Origin: a virus
Direction: 5' to 3' (one strand)
DNA: 64,000 bases
IMG/VR virus record: IMGVR_UViG_3300028400_000004
Coordinates: 19,754-83,753 of that record
The notes beneath the pieces were generated by a model that searched no databases, was not told where the DNA came from, and saw nothing but the letters and a program-made list of their open reading frames with translations. Positions 1 to 10,539 of this stretch are shown in pieces (position 1 is the first letter of the stretch; each line of letters begins with the position of its first letter). A program made the position numbers and the translations under genes.

Positions 1-258
1 TATGTTGCTATCAAACAGGCTGATTTGTCTGTAGAAATTAAGGCAAATTCTTTTGAGGAAGCGAAAGAATTGCTTAAAGAAGTAAAAGATTTGGTAAATA
101 CTAATAAGGAAATGGTTGAAAATAAAGAGGAAAACAAGGACGTGAAAAAAGCTGAAGAAAAAGAGGTGGATGATAATATAGACACTTTATTAAAATCCGT
201 AATAGATGATTTACCAAAACTAATTGATGAAACTTTGAAAGAAAAACTAGGCAATTGA
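1..258 (+). CDS. 3' end of probable prohead protease/scaffold gene (partial, begins upstream of window)
   Basis: Frame is open from position 1; acidic coiled-coil-like C-terminus directly upstream of the capsid gene. Confidence 0.5.
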   Translation, partial: YVAIKQADLSVEIKANSFEEAKELLKEVKDLVNTNKEMVENKEENKDVKKAEEKEVDDNIDTLLKSVIDDLPKLIDETLKEKLGN

Positions 259-270
259 GGTAGAAAATAA

Positions 271-1458
271 ATGTCTGATAAACAAGAACTTCTAAACCAG
301 ATTAAGGAAATGATCGCCGCTAAGGTGGATGAGGCGGTAAAACCTTTGAAAGAGGCTTCCACTGCCGATTGGAAGAAAGATATTTACGGAGCCGACAAGG
401 TACAGAATAAAGCTGTTCCTGCCGCTCGTATTGTTCGCGCCCTGGCAGCTGCTCGTGGTGACATTGAAAAGGCTGCTCGTTTCGCCAAGCGTGCTTGGGA
501 TGACGAAGTAGGCAAAGCCATCAGTGCCACTTTTGAAAAAGCCCTAGATGCCGGCGTTCCTACTTCTGGCGGATTTATGATCCCCGAGGATATGGTATCC
601 GATATTATTGATCTTCTGCGTCCTCGGTCTGTAGTCCGTGCTGCTGGTGCTCCTACCGTACCTATGCCTCGTGGTACTCTTACTCTGCCCAAGCAGACCG
701 GAGACGTAACCGCCAGCTATGTTGGTGAGTCCACCGATATTACTAGCTCCACCCCTGCTGGTGACCAGATTGTATTGTCCGCTAAAAAGCTGGCGGCTCT
801 TGTTCCTGTATCAAATGACCTGCTAACTTATGATGTTGGCGACAGTGCTGATCGGTTTGTCCGAGATTCTCTTGTTCGTCGTATCGCTGTCCGCGAAGAT
901 GCTGCCTTCCTGCGCGACGATGGTACTGCCAATACTCCTACTGGCCTTCGCTACCAAGCTGCCGCTGGTAATGTAATTGCTTCTGCCGCTACTAGCGCCA
1001 CCGATGCTGCTAATATTGAAGTCGATCTTATCGGTGCCATCAATGCCCTTGAAAGTTCCAATGTTGATATGAGTGGCCCCGCTTGGTTCATTTCTCCCCG
1101 AACCAAGAATAACCTGATGAAACTTCGGGATGCCAACGGCAACCTTATTTATCCTGAGCTTCGCAGTGATACGCCAACTCTATATACCTTCCCTGTGTTT
1201 GTAACTACAAACATTCCTACCAACCTAGGCACCGGCACTAACGAATCAGAAATTTATCTAGCCAATATGCCTGACACTCTTATTGCAGAAACCGGAGGTC
1301 TTGAAATCACTGCCGATCCTTCTGCTGCGTATATTGAGGGTGGTACTCTTGTATCTTCCTTCTCTCGTGACCAGACTGTAGTTCGTGCCATTGTACGCCA
1401 CGACTTCACCGTGCTTTATCCTGAGTCTGTGGCTGTACTCACTGGCGTCCTATACTAA
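271..1458 (+). CDS. Major capsid protein, HK97 fold
   Basis: GGFMIPEDMVSDIIDLLR, YVGE, KKLAALVPVSNDLL, AWFISP and VRHDF motifs; GAGGT SD; strongly biased codon usage. Confidence 0.95.
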   Translation: MSDKQELLNQIKEMIAAKVDEAVKPLKEASTADWKKDIYGADKVQNKAVPAARIVRALAAARGDIEKAARFAKRAWDDEVGKAISATFEKALDAGVPTSGGFMIPEDMVSDIIDLLRPRSVVRAAGAPTVPMPRGTLTLPKQTGDVTASYVGESTDITSSTPAGDQIVLSAKKLAALVPVSNDLLTYDVGDSADRFVRDSLVRRIAVREDAAFLRDDGTANTPTGLRYQAAAGNVIASAATSATDAANIEVDLIGAINALESSNVDMSGPAWFISPRTKNNLMKLRDANGNLIYPELRSDTPTLYTFPVFVTTNIPTNLGTGTNESEIYLANMPDTLIAETGGLEITADPSAAYIEGGTLVSSFSRDQTVVRAIVRHDFTVLYPESVAVLTGVLY

Positions 1459-1479
1459 TAATAATATAATGACGATATT

Positions 1480-1508
1480 GGCCCTGTACTAAGTACAGGG
1501 CCTTTTTT
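1480..1508 (+). terminator. Intrinsic terminator after capsid gene
   Basis: GGCCCTGTACT-A-AGTACAGGGCC inverted repeat followed by TTTTTT. Confidence 0.85.
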
Positions 1509-1585
1509 ATTGAAATCAAACTTTGCATAAATTAGACTTTCATATATAATATGTTAATACTCATTTATACTTTTTGGAGGTATTT

Positions 1586-1783
1586 ATGAAAACAGTAAAA
1601 TTTAATTACAAATCTGGTATTTATAATCCCGGCGATATTGCTACTTTTGAAGATGATGTGGCTGAAAAAATCGTAGAACGAAACTATGGGGAATATGTTG
1701 AACTACCTAAAGAAACTGTAGTATCAAATAAAAAGCAAATGAAACCTAAGTCTAATAGACGTAAAGGTTACATTACCAAATGA
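1586..1783 (+). CDS. Small head-associated hypothetical protein
   Basis: GGAGG SD before ATG 1586; YNPGDIATF motif like small genes that follow capsid genes. Confidence 0.6.
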   Translation: MKTVKFNYKSGIYNPGDIATFEDDVAEKIVERNYGEYVELPKETVVSNKKQMKPKSNRRKGYITK

Positions 1784-2415
1784 TTGATATAACTCCCATA
1801 GAAGGAAATAATATGACAACTATTGATTTAGTGTCTAAAGCACTAAATCTAACTAATGATGAATTATTAGAAAATAAACAATATATAGATTTATTGATAA
1901 AAGGAGCATCTAATTATATTGAACAATATACAGGTAGAGTTTATAATTATTCAGATGTTATAGAAAAATTACCTGGAAATGGTCAACTAAATATATATGT
2001 CAGTGTCAGACCTATAAAAGAATTGGTAGAAATAAAAATCTTTGATACGGTAATTGATCCAAGTTTATATGAAATAGACAATCCAAATACAGGTTCTATC
2101 TACAAAGAGACTGTATGGGTTGATTACACAAAATACCATGGATATATAGAAAAACAACCAGCCATGTCTAAACATGCTTATACAATTACTTATAAAGCTG
2201 GTTATTATATGCCAGGGTCTAACCAAAGGGACTTTCCTTATGATTTAGAAATTGCATGTATAGAATTAGTTAAGCATTTATACCATAGTAAAGATAGGAA
2301 CTATCTAGTATCTAGAGAAGTAATTGGGGACGCGCAAAGAACTTTCGCTACAATTGGAAGTGTAGGCGTGCCAGATATGGTAACAGAAATACTAGATAAA
2401 TGGAAGGCATTTTGA
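1780..2415 (+). CDS. Head-tail connector/adaptor
   Basis: ASNYIEQYTGR, ITYKAGY and PYDLEIACIELV motifs; position after capsid. Confidence 0.8.
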   Translation: MIDITPIEGNNMTTIDLVSKALNLTNDELLENKQYIDLLIKGASNYIEQYTGRVYNYSDVIEKLPGNGQLNIYVSVRPIKELVEIKIFDTVIDPSLYEIDNPNTGSIYKETVWVDYTKYHGYIEKQPAMSKHAYTITYKAGYYMPGSNQRDFPYDLEIACIELVKHLYHSKDRNYLVSREVIGDAQRTFATIGSVGVPDMVTEILDKWKAF

Positions 2416-2747
2416 TGGATATTAGTTTTGCATTAAATCAAAAAGCCACTTATTGGGAAAAAAATGGTATTGATGGTTTTGGTAAACCTGTATTTTCAAC
2501 ACCAAAACAAATAAAAGTTAGATGGGAAACAAAAGAAAGATTAAAAATAACACCTGCCGGTGAAGTTTATGATTATAGAATAGAAGTTTGGTTTTCTTTT
2601 GAGCCAAAAAAAGGAAGTTACATAGCTAAAGGAGTTTATACAAATACCGACCCAAACACTATTACAGATGAAGTGTACATAATTGAAAATATATTATCTA
2701 CCCCGTCTGTGGACGGTAAAACATTTGTATATAAGGCAATACTGTAA
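2415..2747 (+). CDS. Head closure/stopper protein
   Basis: ATYW..DGFGKP..IKVRWE pattern; synteny. Confidence 0.65.
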   Translation: MDISFALNQKATYWEKNGIDGFGKPVFSTPKQIKVRWETKERLKITPAGEVYDYRIEVWFSFEPKKGSYIAKGVYTNTDPNTITDEVYIIENILSTPSVDGKTFVYKAIL

Positions 2748-3139
2748 TGAAAATTACCTTATCAGATGACTTCAATAAAATAGTAGAAAAAGAAATAAAA
2801 AATAAAATAGAAAAAGAATTATTACATATGGGAACCATAATTGTCGAGGAAACAAATCCTGTGACTCCCCTTGAGTACGGAAGTTTACGTTCTACTATAA
2901 GGGCAGAAACAGAAAGTTCTTCAAAAATGATTAAAATGCAAGTGGGTGTGGCTGGAAATTATAAAGGAAAAGAATCACCTAACGCACCTACAGGTTATGT
3001 AGATTATGCTATCGTTATGCATGAAGACTTAACTTATACACCACATACACCGGGCACCGGTCCTAAATATTTAGAAAAAACTGTTAACTCTTTAGAAACC
3101 AAATTGCACGATGAGTTCATAAAAAGAATTAAGTTATGA
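2747..3139 (+). CDS. Neck protein (HK97 gp10-like)
   Basis: TPLEYGSLRST, YAIVMHE and GPKYLEK motifs. Confidence 0.75.
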   Translation: MKITLSDDFNKIVEKEIKNKIEKELLHMGTIIVEETNPVTPLEYGSLRSTIRAETESSSKMIKMQVGVAGNYKGKESPNAPTGYVDYAIVMHEDLTYTPHTPGTGPKYLEKTVNSLETKLHDEFIKRIKL

Positions 3140-3558
3140 ATCCTGTAACCATTGACCTAAAAGATATATTAGAAGCAAATGGTGTTGGAACTTTTGGTGC
3201 TACCAATGGTTGGGGAATCTACATAGGCTTTGAGCCTGAAACACCTGATACTACAATAACATTGTATGATACTGGCGGTGGCAGTCCTTTACCTAATTTA
3301 TTACTAGATTTTCCTACTATACAAACAAGAATAAGAGGCTCTGTAGGAGATTATGAAGCAACCTACCAAAAAGCATTAGAGGTTAGGGATGTTTTACTAG
3401 GTTTGCCATCACAAACAATAAATGGAACTTTATATGATGGTGTGTGGGCTAATTCAGATATTATTTATTTGACAAGAACAAAAGACAGGCCGGTTTTTGT
3501 TATAAATTGGCGTATTGCTAGAGAACCGGCTACAGGTAATAATAGAAATCCACTATGA
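3136..3558 (+). CDS. Tail terminator/completion protein
   Basis: PDTTITLYDTGG and PTIQTRIRG motifs; synteny. Confidence 0.7.
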   Translation: MNPVTIDLKDILEANGVGTFGATNGWGIYIGFEPETPDTTITLYDTGGGSPLPNLLLDFPTIQTRIRGSVGDYEATYQKALEVRDVLLGLPSQTINGTLYDGVWANSDIIYLTRTKDRPVFVINWRIAREPATGNNRNPL

Positions 3559-3570
3559 GGTTAAAATAAA

Positions 3571-4590
3571 ATGGCAAAAAAAATTAATGTATATGATGGT
3601 ACTAACTGGTTAACACTTCCAGGTTCATCCGGCGAATATACCGAGGAAGCTGCGACTACTGACGATACTGTATTTGGTGCTACTTTTAGTTCTAATGAGT
3701 CAACACTTATTACTTGGTCTGTGAGTGCTAATGCATACTTCAAAGGTTTTGCAGGTTATAAGGCCAAGCTATTAAAGTTCTCTGCTAGTGCTGCCAATAC
3801 CGGGGTTGCAATGACACAGGAAACCGGTCAGATTTATACTTTAGGTACCGGGCAGGCCTTTGACCGTAATTTTCCCGTTACTGTTTATGATGGTGCTACA
3901 GATGTAACTGCACAAGTAGAATGGATTGATTATTTATTTGGTCGTATTAAATTTGTTGATACCTATACTGTAACAGGTTCCGTTACTGTTGATGCCTATA
4001 TCATTAGTTTTACTACCGTCGGTACTGCTTCTTCTTTTACACTAACTCAAAATGCCGACGCAATCCAAACCACCGATTTTGCCACTGCACAGGGCAATAA
4101 TGGTTTCCATACTTATAATCCAGGCCTTCGTACTGTAAGTTTAGACCTTACCGGATTTTATACAGTTTCAAACGACTTCAGTAATATTTTACAAGGCCGT
4201 CAAGAAATTATGATTGAGGTAAATCCTGATGGAAACAGTAAGAGCATTGCTCGTGGCTACTTTAAGGCGGCCTCTCATGGGCAGAGCGGTGATGTAGGTG
4301 CTTTAGAAGAAGAAACTATTACTTTCAATCTAAATGTGCCTGACGACCAAAAGCTATATTTGCCTTTCTCTTGGCAACATGCTTCCGATACTACACTATC
4401 TCCAGCAGTAAAAGTTGTCCTCGATAACTGGCTGTCTGAAACCAAGACTAATGTTCAGTACCTATATAATGGTACAAATGGTTATCAGGGTACTAGCGTT
4501 ATTACTGATGTTAGTTTAGAATCTTCATTGGAAGGTATGAACACTTTTAGTGTTTCCTTCCAAGGCGACGGTGCTCCAACAGCTATCTAA
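3571..4590 (+). CDS. Major tail tube protein
   Basis: Beta-rich, C-terminal TFSVSFQGDG; upstream of chaperone and tape measure genes. Confidence 0.8.
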   Translation: MAKKINVYDGTNWLTLPGSSGEYTEEAATTDDTVFGATFSSNESTLITWSVSANAYFKGFAGYKAKLLKFSASAANTGVAMTQETGQIYTLGTGQAFDRNFPVTVYDGATDVTAQVEWIDYLFGRIKFVDTYTVTGSVTVDAYIISFTTVGTASSFTLTQNADAIQTTDFATAQGNNGFHTYNPGLRTVSLDLTGFYTVSNDFSNILQGRQEIMIEVNPDGNSKSIARGYFKAASHGQSGDVGALEEETITFNLNVPDDQKLYLPFSWQHASDTTLSPAVKVVLDNWLSETKTNVQYLYNGTNGYQGTSVITDVSLESSLEGMNTFSVSFQGDGAPTAI

Positions 4591-4598
4591 GGTGATCT

Positions 4599-4913
4599 AT
4601 GAGTAACGATATTCGTAATAAACTTCTAACTGATATTAAACCGGAACGTGTAAAAATTAACCTACGTGGTGTTGAAGTAGAAGTACAACAGCCAGTAGTT
4701 AAGGATATTCTTAATGCCGATACAGAGGACACGACCTTTATTATTGATATGATGGTAAGATATTGTTATGTGCCTGGAACAAATGAACGTGTGTTTGAAG
4801 AATCAGACAAGGAAATTATCCTGCAATGGCCTATGGGGGATTGGTTTACTACATTCGGCGAAGCATTTAATAAATTAGCTTCAGTAGGAAAAGACGAGGC
4901 CAAAAAAAAGTAA
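4599..4913 (+). CDS. Tail assembly chaperone (gpG-like)
   Basis: Between tail tube and tape measure; ends in slippery A AAA AAG. Confidence 0.8.
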   Translation: MSNDIRNKLLTDIKPERVKINLRGVEVEVQQPVVKDILNADTEDTTFIIDMMVRYCYVPGTNERVFEESDKEIILQWPMGDWFTTFGEAFNKLASVGKDEAKKK

Positions 4914-5110
4914 AAGAGAACCCCCTACTGCAAATGGTACTTGCAGTAGGGGAACTTTTACACTTAACAATAAAAGAAGTTATAGAACTAGATTATAATG
5001 AATTTTTAACTTGGGTAAGCTGGATTGAGTTTAAAAACGAGGAAGAAGAAAAGGCCATTAAAAAACAAAACAATACAAAAAGTAACAAAAAAGTAGTAAG
5101 AAGAATATAA
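4599..5110 (+). CDS. Tail assembly chaperone gpGT-like fusion by -1 frameshift at 4904-4910
   Basis: -1 frame open 4910-5110 (VKENPLLQMVLAVGELLHLTIKEVIELDYNEFLTWVSWIEFK...); 12-bp stem at 4922-4952. Confidence 0.8.
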
Positions 5111-5148
5111 TTACCCCAAATAATAAATAATATTTGGGGTAATTTTTT
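5109..5148 (+). terminator. Terminator-like hairpin overlapping the tape-measure RBS
   Basis: AATTACCCCAAATA/TATTTGGGGTAATT stem followed by TTTT and then GTG start. Confidence 0.6.
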
Positions 5149-8100
5149 GTGACTATTTCAGTAGGTGACATTACCTATACTGTAAATGTAGATATTAGTG
5201 GTGTCTTAAAGGCACAAAAAGCAATAAAGGATTTTGAAAAAAGTCTAAAGTCCTTAAAGCAATTATCAAACAATATTAATATAAAAATAAATTTATCTGG
5301 ATATGGGCAGGCAGCAAAAAACCTGAGAGAGCTTAGTAAGCTAGCTAAAGATAAAACTATAAATATAAAAGTAAACAATGCTGATATAAAAAACGTAAAT
5401 GATAACTTAAAAAAGGTACGACAAAAATCAAAAACAAGTCTTAATATAAAAGTAAATAATGCTGCAAAAGTAAAAAAAGATTTAAGAGAAATAGATAGAT
5501 TATTAGCCAATATAAAACAAAACAAAAATATACAAATAATAGCAGCAACTGATGTTGTAAGTCGCGGTAAATCAAGTGGTAATAGTAAGACAGCCGCTAG
5601 GGACAGTAGTGAAATAAGGAAATTACGACAAGAAGAAACAATACAACGATTACTTTTACAAAATAGAAAATTATTACAATCAGCTAGACAGTTTTCTGGG
5701 TTAGCATCTCAAAGAATAAAGGAACCTCTATTAGAAGCGAGAAAGGAATTATTATCTCTTAATAGGGCATTTAGGTCTGGAAAATTAGATTATGCTGACT
5801 ATGTAGAAAGTGTAGGCAATGTAAGATTAGAACTTAAAAAAGCATCAGATCAGCTTACCAATTACAAACTAAATGTAAGGGAAACAGGTAGGCTTATGAA
5901 ACAAATGGAATTAATGCAAACCAGATATTCATCCGCTTTAGAAAAAATAAAAACTGCTGGAATTTCAGATTATAAATCAAATTTTGAAGAAAAGTTTATA
6001 TCAGCGCAACAGATTTTACGATCAAAAACCACACCTATTTCTCAAAAAACAAAAGCCGTAGCGGAACTAGATAGAGAGCTACAAAAAGTAATAAGAGACC
6101 AACAACGATTTACACAGGAAGTTAAACGAGTTAAAGGTCTAGCTGGACTATTTGGAAAACTATCAGATGCTATTAAGAGTGTAGGTGCAGCTTACGCAGC
6201 CTTCTTAATATTCAGTGGTATAGAAAAATTAATAAAAACTACTGTAACATTAGCCGATGAAACTAAAGGGCTTAGAGGACAACTAAAATTATTAGTAAAA
6301 AATCAAAAAGAATTAGATAAAACTTGGAATGACTTAATAAAAGTAGCCATACAAACCAGGACAGATTTAGCACCTACAGTAAAATTATATACAAAGGTAG
6401 CGGCTGCATTATTAAACTTAGGATATAGCAGCGAAGTAGCATTAAAAACAGTAAAAGCTATAAACACATCACTTGTTCTTAGTGGATCAAGTGCACAAGA
6501 AGCTGCATCAACAGTTATACAGCTGTCTCAGGCTTTCTCAAAAGGCAAACTAGATGGTGAAGAACTAAGATCAGTATTAGAAAATAATCAAGTCTATGCA
6601 CTAGCATTGGCTAAAGCCCTAAAAGTTGCAGGCGATAATACCGCCGTTACCACTAGAAACGTGCTAATGGCAAGCCGTGCAGGGAAAATAACACTCGATG
6701 TTATGGTTAAAGCTGGCCAAGCTATAAATAAAGAATTGGGGGATTCTTTAAACAATATTCCAATACGACTAGGACAAGCTGTCTCTATTCTGAAAACCCG
6801 GTTCATGGAAGTTATTTCTGCGATACAGTCAGCGGTAGATTATACTGCAATGTTATCTAAAGTTGTTTTAGGTTTAGCAAATAATATAAAAATAGTTACA
6901 GTAACCATTGTTAGCTTAATAGGCGCTTTAGGAAGTATGGGAACTGGAGCACTAATAAGTAAAGTATTTAAGTATCTTAGTAAGAATATGTTTGTGTCTT
7001 CAGCCAAAGGAATCATGAAGATAGTAAAATCATTTAAGACACTAAGAGGCGCTTTTGGTTGGATAGGATTGGCTTTAACAGGAGTTAGCGCAGCTATAGC
7101 TGTATATAAAAACGATTTAATAAGTATAAAAGGAGAAACTTATACTGTAGGGGAAGTACTACAGGCAGTTTGGCTAGCAATAAAAGATGTAATAAGTAAA
7201 GTAGTAGATAGGGTAAAAACAAAGCTAAAAAATTACATAGAATTTTTCAAGGCATATAAAAAGCTAACAGTGGAAATATTTAGGGTTATAAAGAAAAATC
7301 TAATTGATTTTTATAATTCTGTAAGTAAAACATTAAATAAATTAAGTGGTCCATTTGTTGCTTTTGCTAAAGTAATAAAACATTCACTTATTACTGGCCT
7401 GGCTGCTATTAAAACATTTAGGGAGGCTTTGGGGAAGGCATGGGAAGAGAAATCACTATCTGCTGGTATTGAGTATTTTAAGAAGAATATAAATAAAAAT
7501 ATTAAGGAGGCACAAGATCAAACATTTATTACAAACCTTTTAGAAGCATTTTTGCCAGACAATGCCGCAAAACAGGTTGATGAAAAAGTAATAAAACCTA
7601 TAGGAAATGCAATTGATTTTATTAAGGATAAAACAGAAAATGTTAGAAAAATGCTTGAAAAAGTTGGTTGGCTATTTTCCCCACAAGGATTTAAGGAAAG
7701 TTTAGAACTGGCCAATAAGTACTTTGATGAATTTGCATATAAATATCTAAAGAAATCAAAACAACTATCAGAACGTCAAGCAGGCTTTGGCGCGCTCCGT
7801 TTTGGTGGGGAAATAGTACCAAATAATGTATTAGATGATATTGATAGATTTAACTCTGCTATGGATAAATATGTTGCAATTAGTATGAATATAACAAAGC
7901 TACAAAAAGCATTAAGTACGGATATTGGTGTTAAATTTGTTGCTTTTGGAAATGAAGGTCTAATGAATAATTATTTGTCTGCTTTACAAAAGGCAGCTGA
8001 CTATACCAGAGCATTATCCAATGAGACACTAAAATTCTATAACTTCTATATAGGAAAACCACTGGGTTTTCAAGCAAAAACAACTGAAGAATTTATTGCA

Positions 8101-9342
8101 AAACTAGCAGAACAAATAGTAAAACAAAAACAATTAAATACACAAACAAAAGCTACAATTTCTATAATCAATAAGTTGAACAGTAGCTATTATGATCTAA
8201 ATACCGCTTTAGAAGAAATAACTGCTTATAAGAAGAATAATCCATTTGATTCTGAATTTGTTAAGGAATTAAAAAATCTTAATGTAGAACTTAATTCTAT
8301 GGAATTTAATTTAGAACTTATAAATGCCGTACAGGAAAAAATGGGCAGAAGAAAGTTTGCTAATTTGGATGAGTTCAAAAAATATTTACTAAACGTTCAA
8401 TCAATGACTAAGTATGCTAAGGATTATGCTGAAGCACTAAGACTAATGAATGAGACAAATCGTTATGACAGTGCCTTCAATAATAAACGAGATTTAGAAT
8501 TATTCTACAAAAATTCATACATAGCGATTAAAAATATAATAAAAACTAAGGAAGAACAACAACGAGCGCTAAACCAGCTGTATGAATTTTACAGGCAACA
8601 GTATAAAATAATTACAGGATATACAATTTTAAGGACTGAATCGGACACTACTTATAGAGGTATAATTGATAACTCCAAAAAAGCAAATAGATCAATTGGC
8701 GCATCAGCAAAGCAAATGTTAAATGGGATTTCTGATGGGCTTGTTAAATTTTATAATGGACTTATTAATCTAAGAAAACATGCTTTGAGAATAAAAACGG
8801 CATTGTTAGAAGTGTCTGATGCCTTTAAGTATAATGCGAAAAATATAATGAAAGACTTAGCCAGTCTTATCGACAACTGGGTGGATCAGATGTCTGATAG
8901 ATTGGCAGAATTTGTAGCCAAAGGAAAGGCTGACTTTAGATCATTATTGCAAGATATGAACAGACAATTAACATCATTAATACTAAGGCAGGCTATTGTA
9001 CAACCATTTATGGAAGGTATAAAATCATTAGTGATAAATACCTCGGCAGCCAATGCAGTACCTACTGTAGATGCTAACCAAATAGGAATAGGACAATCAG
9101 TAGATTTATCACAACCTGCCGGCGTTGTTAGTGCAAGATCAAGAACAAAAACCGCAAGCCCGGTTACTGTTAATGTGATTAACAAGACAAGCCAAGAAGT
9201 TACTGCAAATGCTACTGTAGAATATAATGACGCCGGAATGAGTATAAATGTTATAGTAGAAGCTGCTGTAGCGGAAATGGCTGCTAATGGCAAGCTAGAC
9301 AGAATAATGGCACAATATGGCGCTAGACGTAGAGGTGTTTAA
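5149..9342 (+). CDS. Tape measure protein
   Basis: 1397 aa, helical; QLSQAFSKGKLDGEELRSVLEN tape-measure motif; C-terminal GKADFRSL. Confidence 0.95.
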   Translation: MTISVGDITYTVNVDISGVLKAQKAIKDFEKSLKSLKQLSNNINIKINLSGYGQAAKNLRELSKLAKDKTINIKVNNADIKNVNDNLKKVRQKSKTSLNIKVNNAAKVKKDLREIDRLLANIKQNKNIQIIAATDVVSRGKSSGNSKTAARDSSEIRKLRQEETIQRLLLQNRKLLQSARQFSGLASQRIKEPLLEARKELLSLNRAFRSGKLDYADYVESVGNVRLELKKASDQLTNYKLNVRETGRLMKQMELMQTRYSSALEKIKTAGISDYKSNFEEKFISAQQILRSKTTPISQKTKAVAELDRELQKVIRDQQRFTQEVKRVKGLAGLFGKLSDAIKSVGAAYAAFLIFSGIEKLIKTTVTLADETKGLRGQLKLLVKNQKELDKTWNDLIKVAIQTRTDLAPTVKLYTKVAAALLNLGYSSEVALKTVKAINTSLVLSGSSAQEAASTVIQLSQAFSKGKLDGEELRSVLENNQVYALALAKALKVAGDNTAVTTRNVLMASRAGKITLDVMVKAGQAINKELGDSLNNIPIRLGQAVSILKTRFMEVISAIQSAVDYTAMLSKVVLGLANNIKIVTVTIVSLIGALGSMGTGALISKVFKYLSKNMFVSSAKGIMKIVKSFKTLRGAFGWIGLALTGVSAAIAVYKNDLISIKGETYTVGEVLQAVWLAIKDVISKVVDRVKTKLKNYIEFFKAYKKLTVEIFRVIKKNLIDFYNSVSKTLNKLSGPFVAFAKVIKHSLITGLAAIKTFREALGKAWEEKSLSAGIEYFKKNINKNIKEAQDQTFITNLLEAFLPDNAAKQVDEKVIKPIGNAIDFIKDKTENVRKMLEKVGWLFSPQGFKESLELANKYFDEFAYKYLKKSKQLSERQAGFGALRFGGEIVPNNVLDDIDRFNSAMDKYVAISMNITKLQKALSTDIGVKFVAFGNEGLMNNYLSALQKAADYTRALSNETLKFYNFYIGKPLGFQAKTTEEFIAKLAEQIVKQKQLNTQTKATISIINKLNSSYYDLNTALEEITAYKKNNPFDSEFVKELKNLNVELNSMEFNLELINAVQEKMGRRKFANLDEFKKYLLNVQSMTKYAKDYAEALRLMNETNRYDSAFNNKRDLELFYKNSYIAIKNIIKTKEEQQRALNQLYEFYRQQYKIITGYTILRTESDTTYRGIIDNSKKANRSIGASAKQMLNGISDGLVKFYNGLINLRKHALRIKTALLEVSDAFKYNAKNIMKDLASLIDNWVDQMSDRLAEFVAKGKADFRSLLQDMNRQLTSLILRQAIVQPFMEGIKSLVINTSAANAVPTVDANQIGIGQSVDLSQPAGVVSARSRTKTASPVTVNVINKTSQEVTANATVEYNDAGMSINVIVEAAVAEMAANGKLDRIMAQYGARRRGV

Positions 9343-9692
9343 TGGCAACAATAAACTGGCCTAGTAGTTTACCTAGTCCTTTACTGGAAGGATACAAAAA
9401 AGATATTGTGGAGTCTGTATTAAGACAAAACCCCGATAGCGGTCCACCAATAGCAAGACGAAGATTTACTTCTAGCGGGGAAACTATTGTATTCAAAATT
9501 TTAGTAGATGATGTACAGTTGAATACATTAGAAAATTTTTATTACAATACAACGAATTACGGTGTTGAACTGTTTAATTTTACAGACCCATTAACGAACA
9601 CAAATAAAGAGTGCCAATTTATGGCGCCACCATCTTATGAAGTAGTCAGTCAAAATCAAATAAAAGCGACCATACAGGTAAGAGCACGATGA
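9342..9692 (+). CDS. Distal tail protein
   Basis: WPSSLP and SGPPIARRRFT motifs; directly after tape measure gene. Confidence 0.75.
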   Translation: MATINWPSSLPSPLLEGYKKDIVESVLRQNPDSGPPIARRRFTSSGETIVFKILVDDVQLNTLENFYYNTTNYGVELFNFTDPLTNTNKECQFMAPPSYEVVSQNQIKATIQVRAR

Positions 9693-10186
9693 CTAGGGTT
9701 ATAGACTCTAATAGACTTGCAGATTTATTATCTAGTACGCCTGATGATATTATATTGCAAACCGTTACATATAGCGATACTAATGGCAACTTATACAGAT
9801 TCGTAAGTAATCTAGAAGATATTACGGTAGGAGCAGACACCTATAAAGCATTACCATTTCAAATTACGTTACCAAAAGAAAGTTATAATAATTATGTAAA
9901 CAAAGCATCATTATCTTTTGATAATATATCTCAAGATTTGACTACTTATTTACGGCAAAACGCTAGGGGAGCTTCTATAGATTTAGGATTAGTGGCAAAA
10001 GATACCAATGGTAACTTTTCATTTATATATGGTCCCGTAAGATTTGATGTATTAAGTGTTTCATATAGGTTGGGATTACTGGCGATTGAATTAGGCTTTA
10101 GAACTATTAACATAAACTCTGCATTTATTCGCCATAAATTAGATACTACTATTGCACCCGGTATATGGCTAGATAACAAACTATGA
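9689..10186 (+). CDS. Minor tail protein (DUF1833/gpL-like)
   Basis: YKALPFQITLP and LSFDNIS motifs; synteny. Confidence 0.7.
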   Translation: MTRVIDSNRLADLLSSTPDDIILQTVTYSDTNGNLYRFVSNLEDITVGADTYKALPFQITLPKESYNNYVNKASLSFDNISQDLTTYLRQNARGASIDLGLVAKDTNGNFSFIYGPVRFDVLSVSYRLGLLAIELGFRTININSAFIRHKLDTTIAPGIWLDNKL

Positions 10187-10539
10187 TGACAAAAGAAGAA
10201 TGGCTACAACAAGCATTATATACACCATATATCCATAACAAAGAACAATTAAGGATAGGCTTTGACTGCTTTGGATTAATAAAAAATTATTACAAGAATG
10301 TTCTTGGAATTAAATTAAATAATGATTTATTGAAAATGAAAAATATGTTTATAAAAAAGTTTGCCCCAAAAAACAATGGAGATATACTAATACTACATGG
10401 AAAACCAACACATGCAGTATTATATTGGGGTGAAGGACTATGTTTACACATAACAAGTAGTACTATTTATCCTGTATTTGAAAGACTGACAAATCCAGAA
10501 ATAAAAAATTACAGAGCAGTATATGCGAAAAAACACTAA
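10183..10539 (+). CDS. NlpC/P60-like tail assembly protein (gpK-like)
   Basis: PY..GFDCFGL, H-A-V and LH motifs. Confidence 0.8.
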   Translation: MMTKEEWLQQALYTPYIHNKEQLRIGFDCFGLIKNYYKNVLGIKLNNDLLKMKNMFIKKFAPKNNGDILILHGKPTHAVLYWGEGLCLHITSSTIYPVFERLTNPEIKNYRAVYAKKH

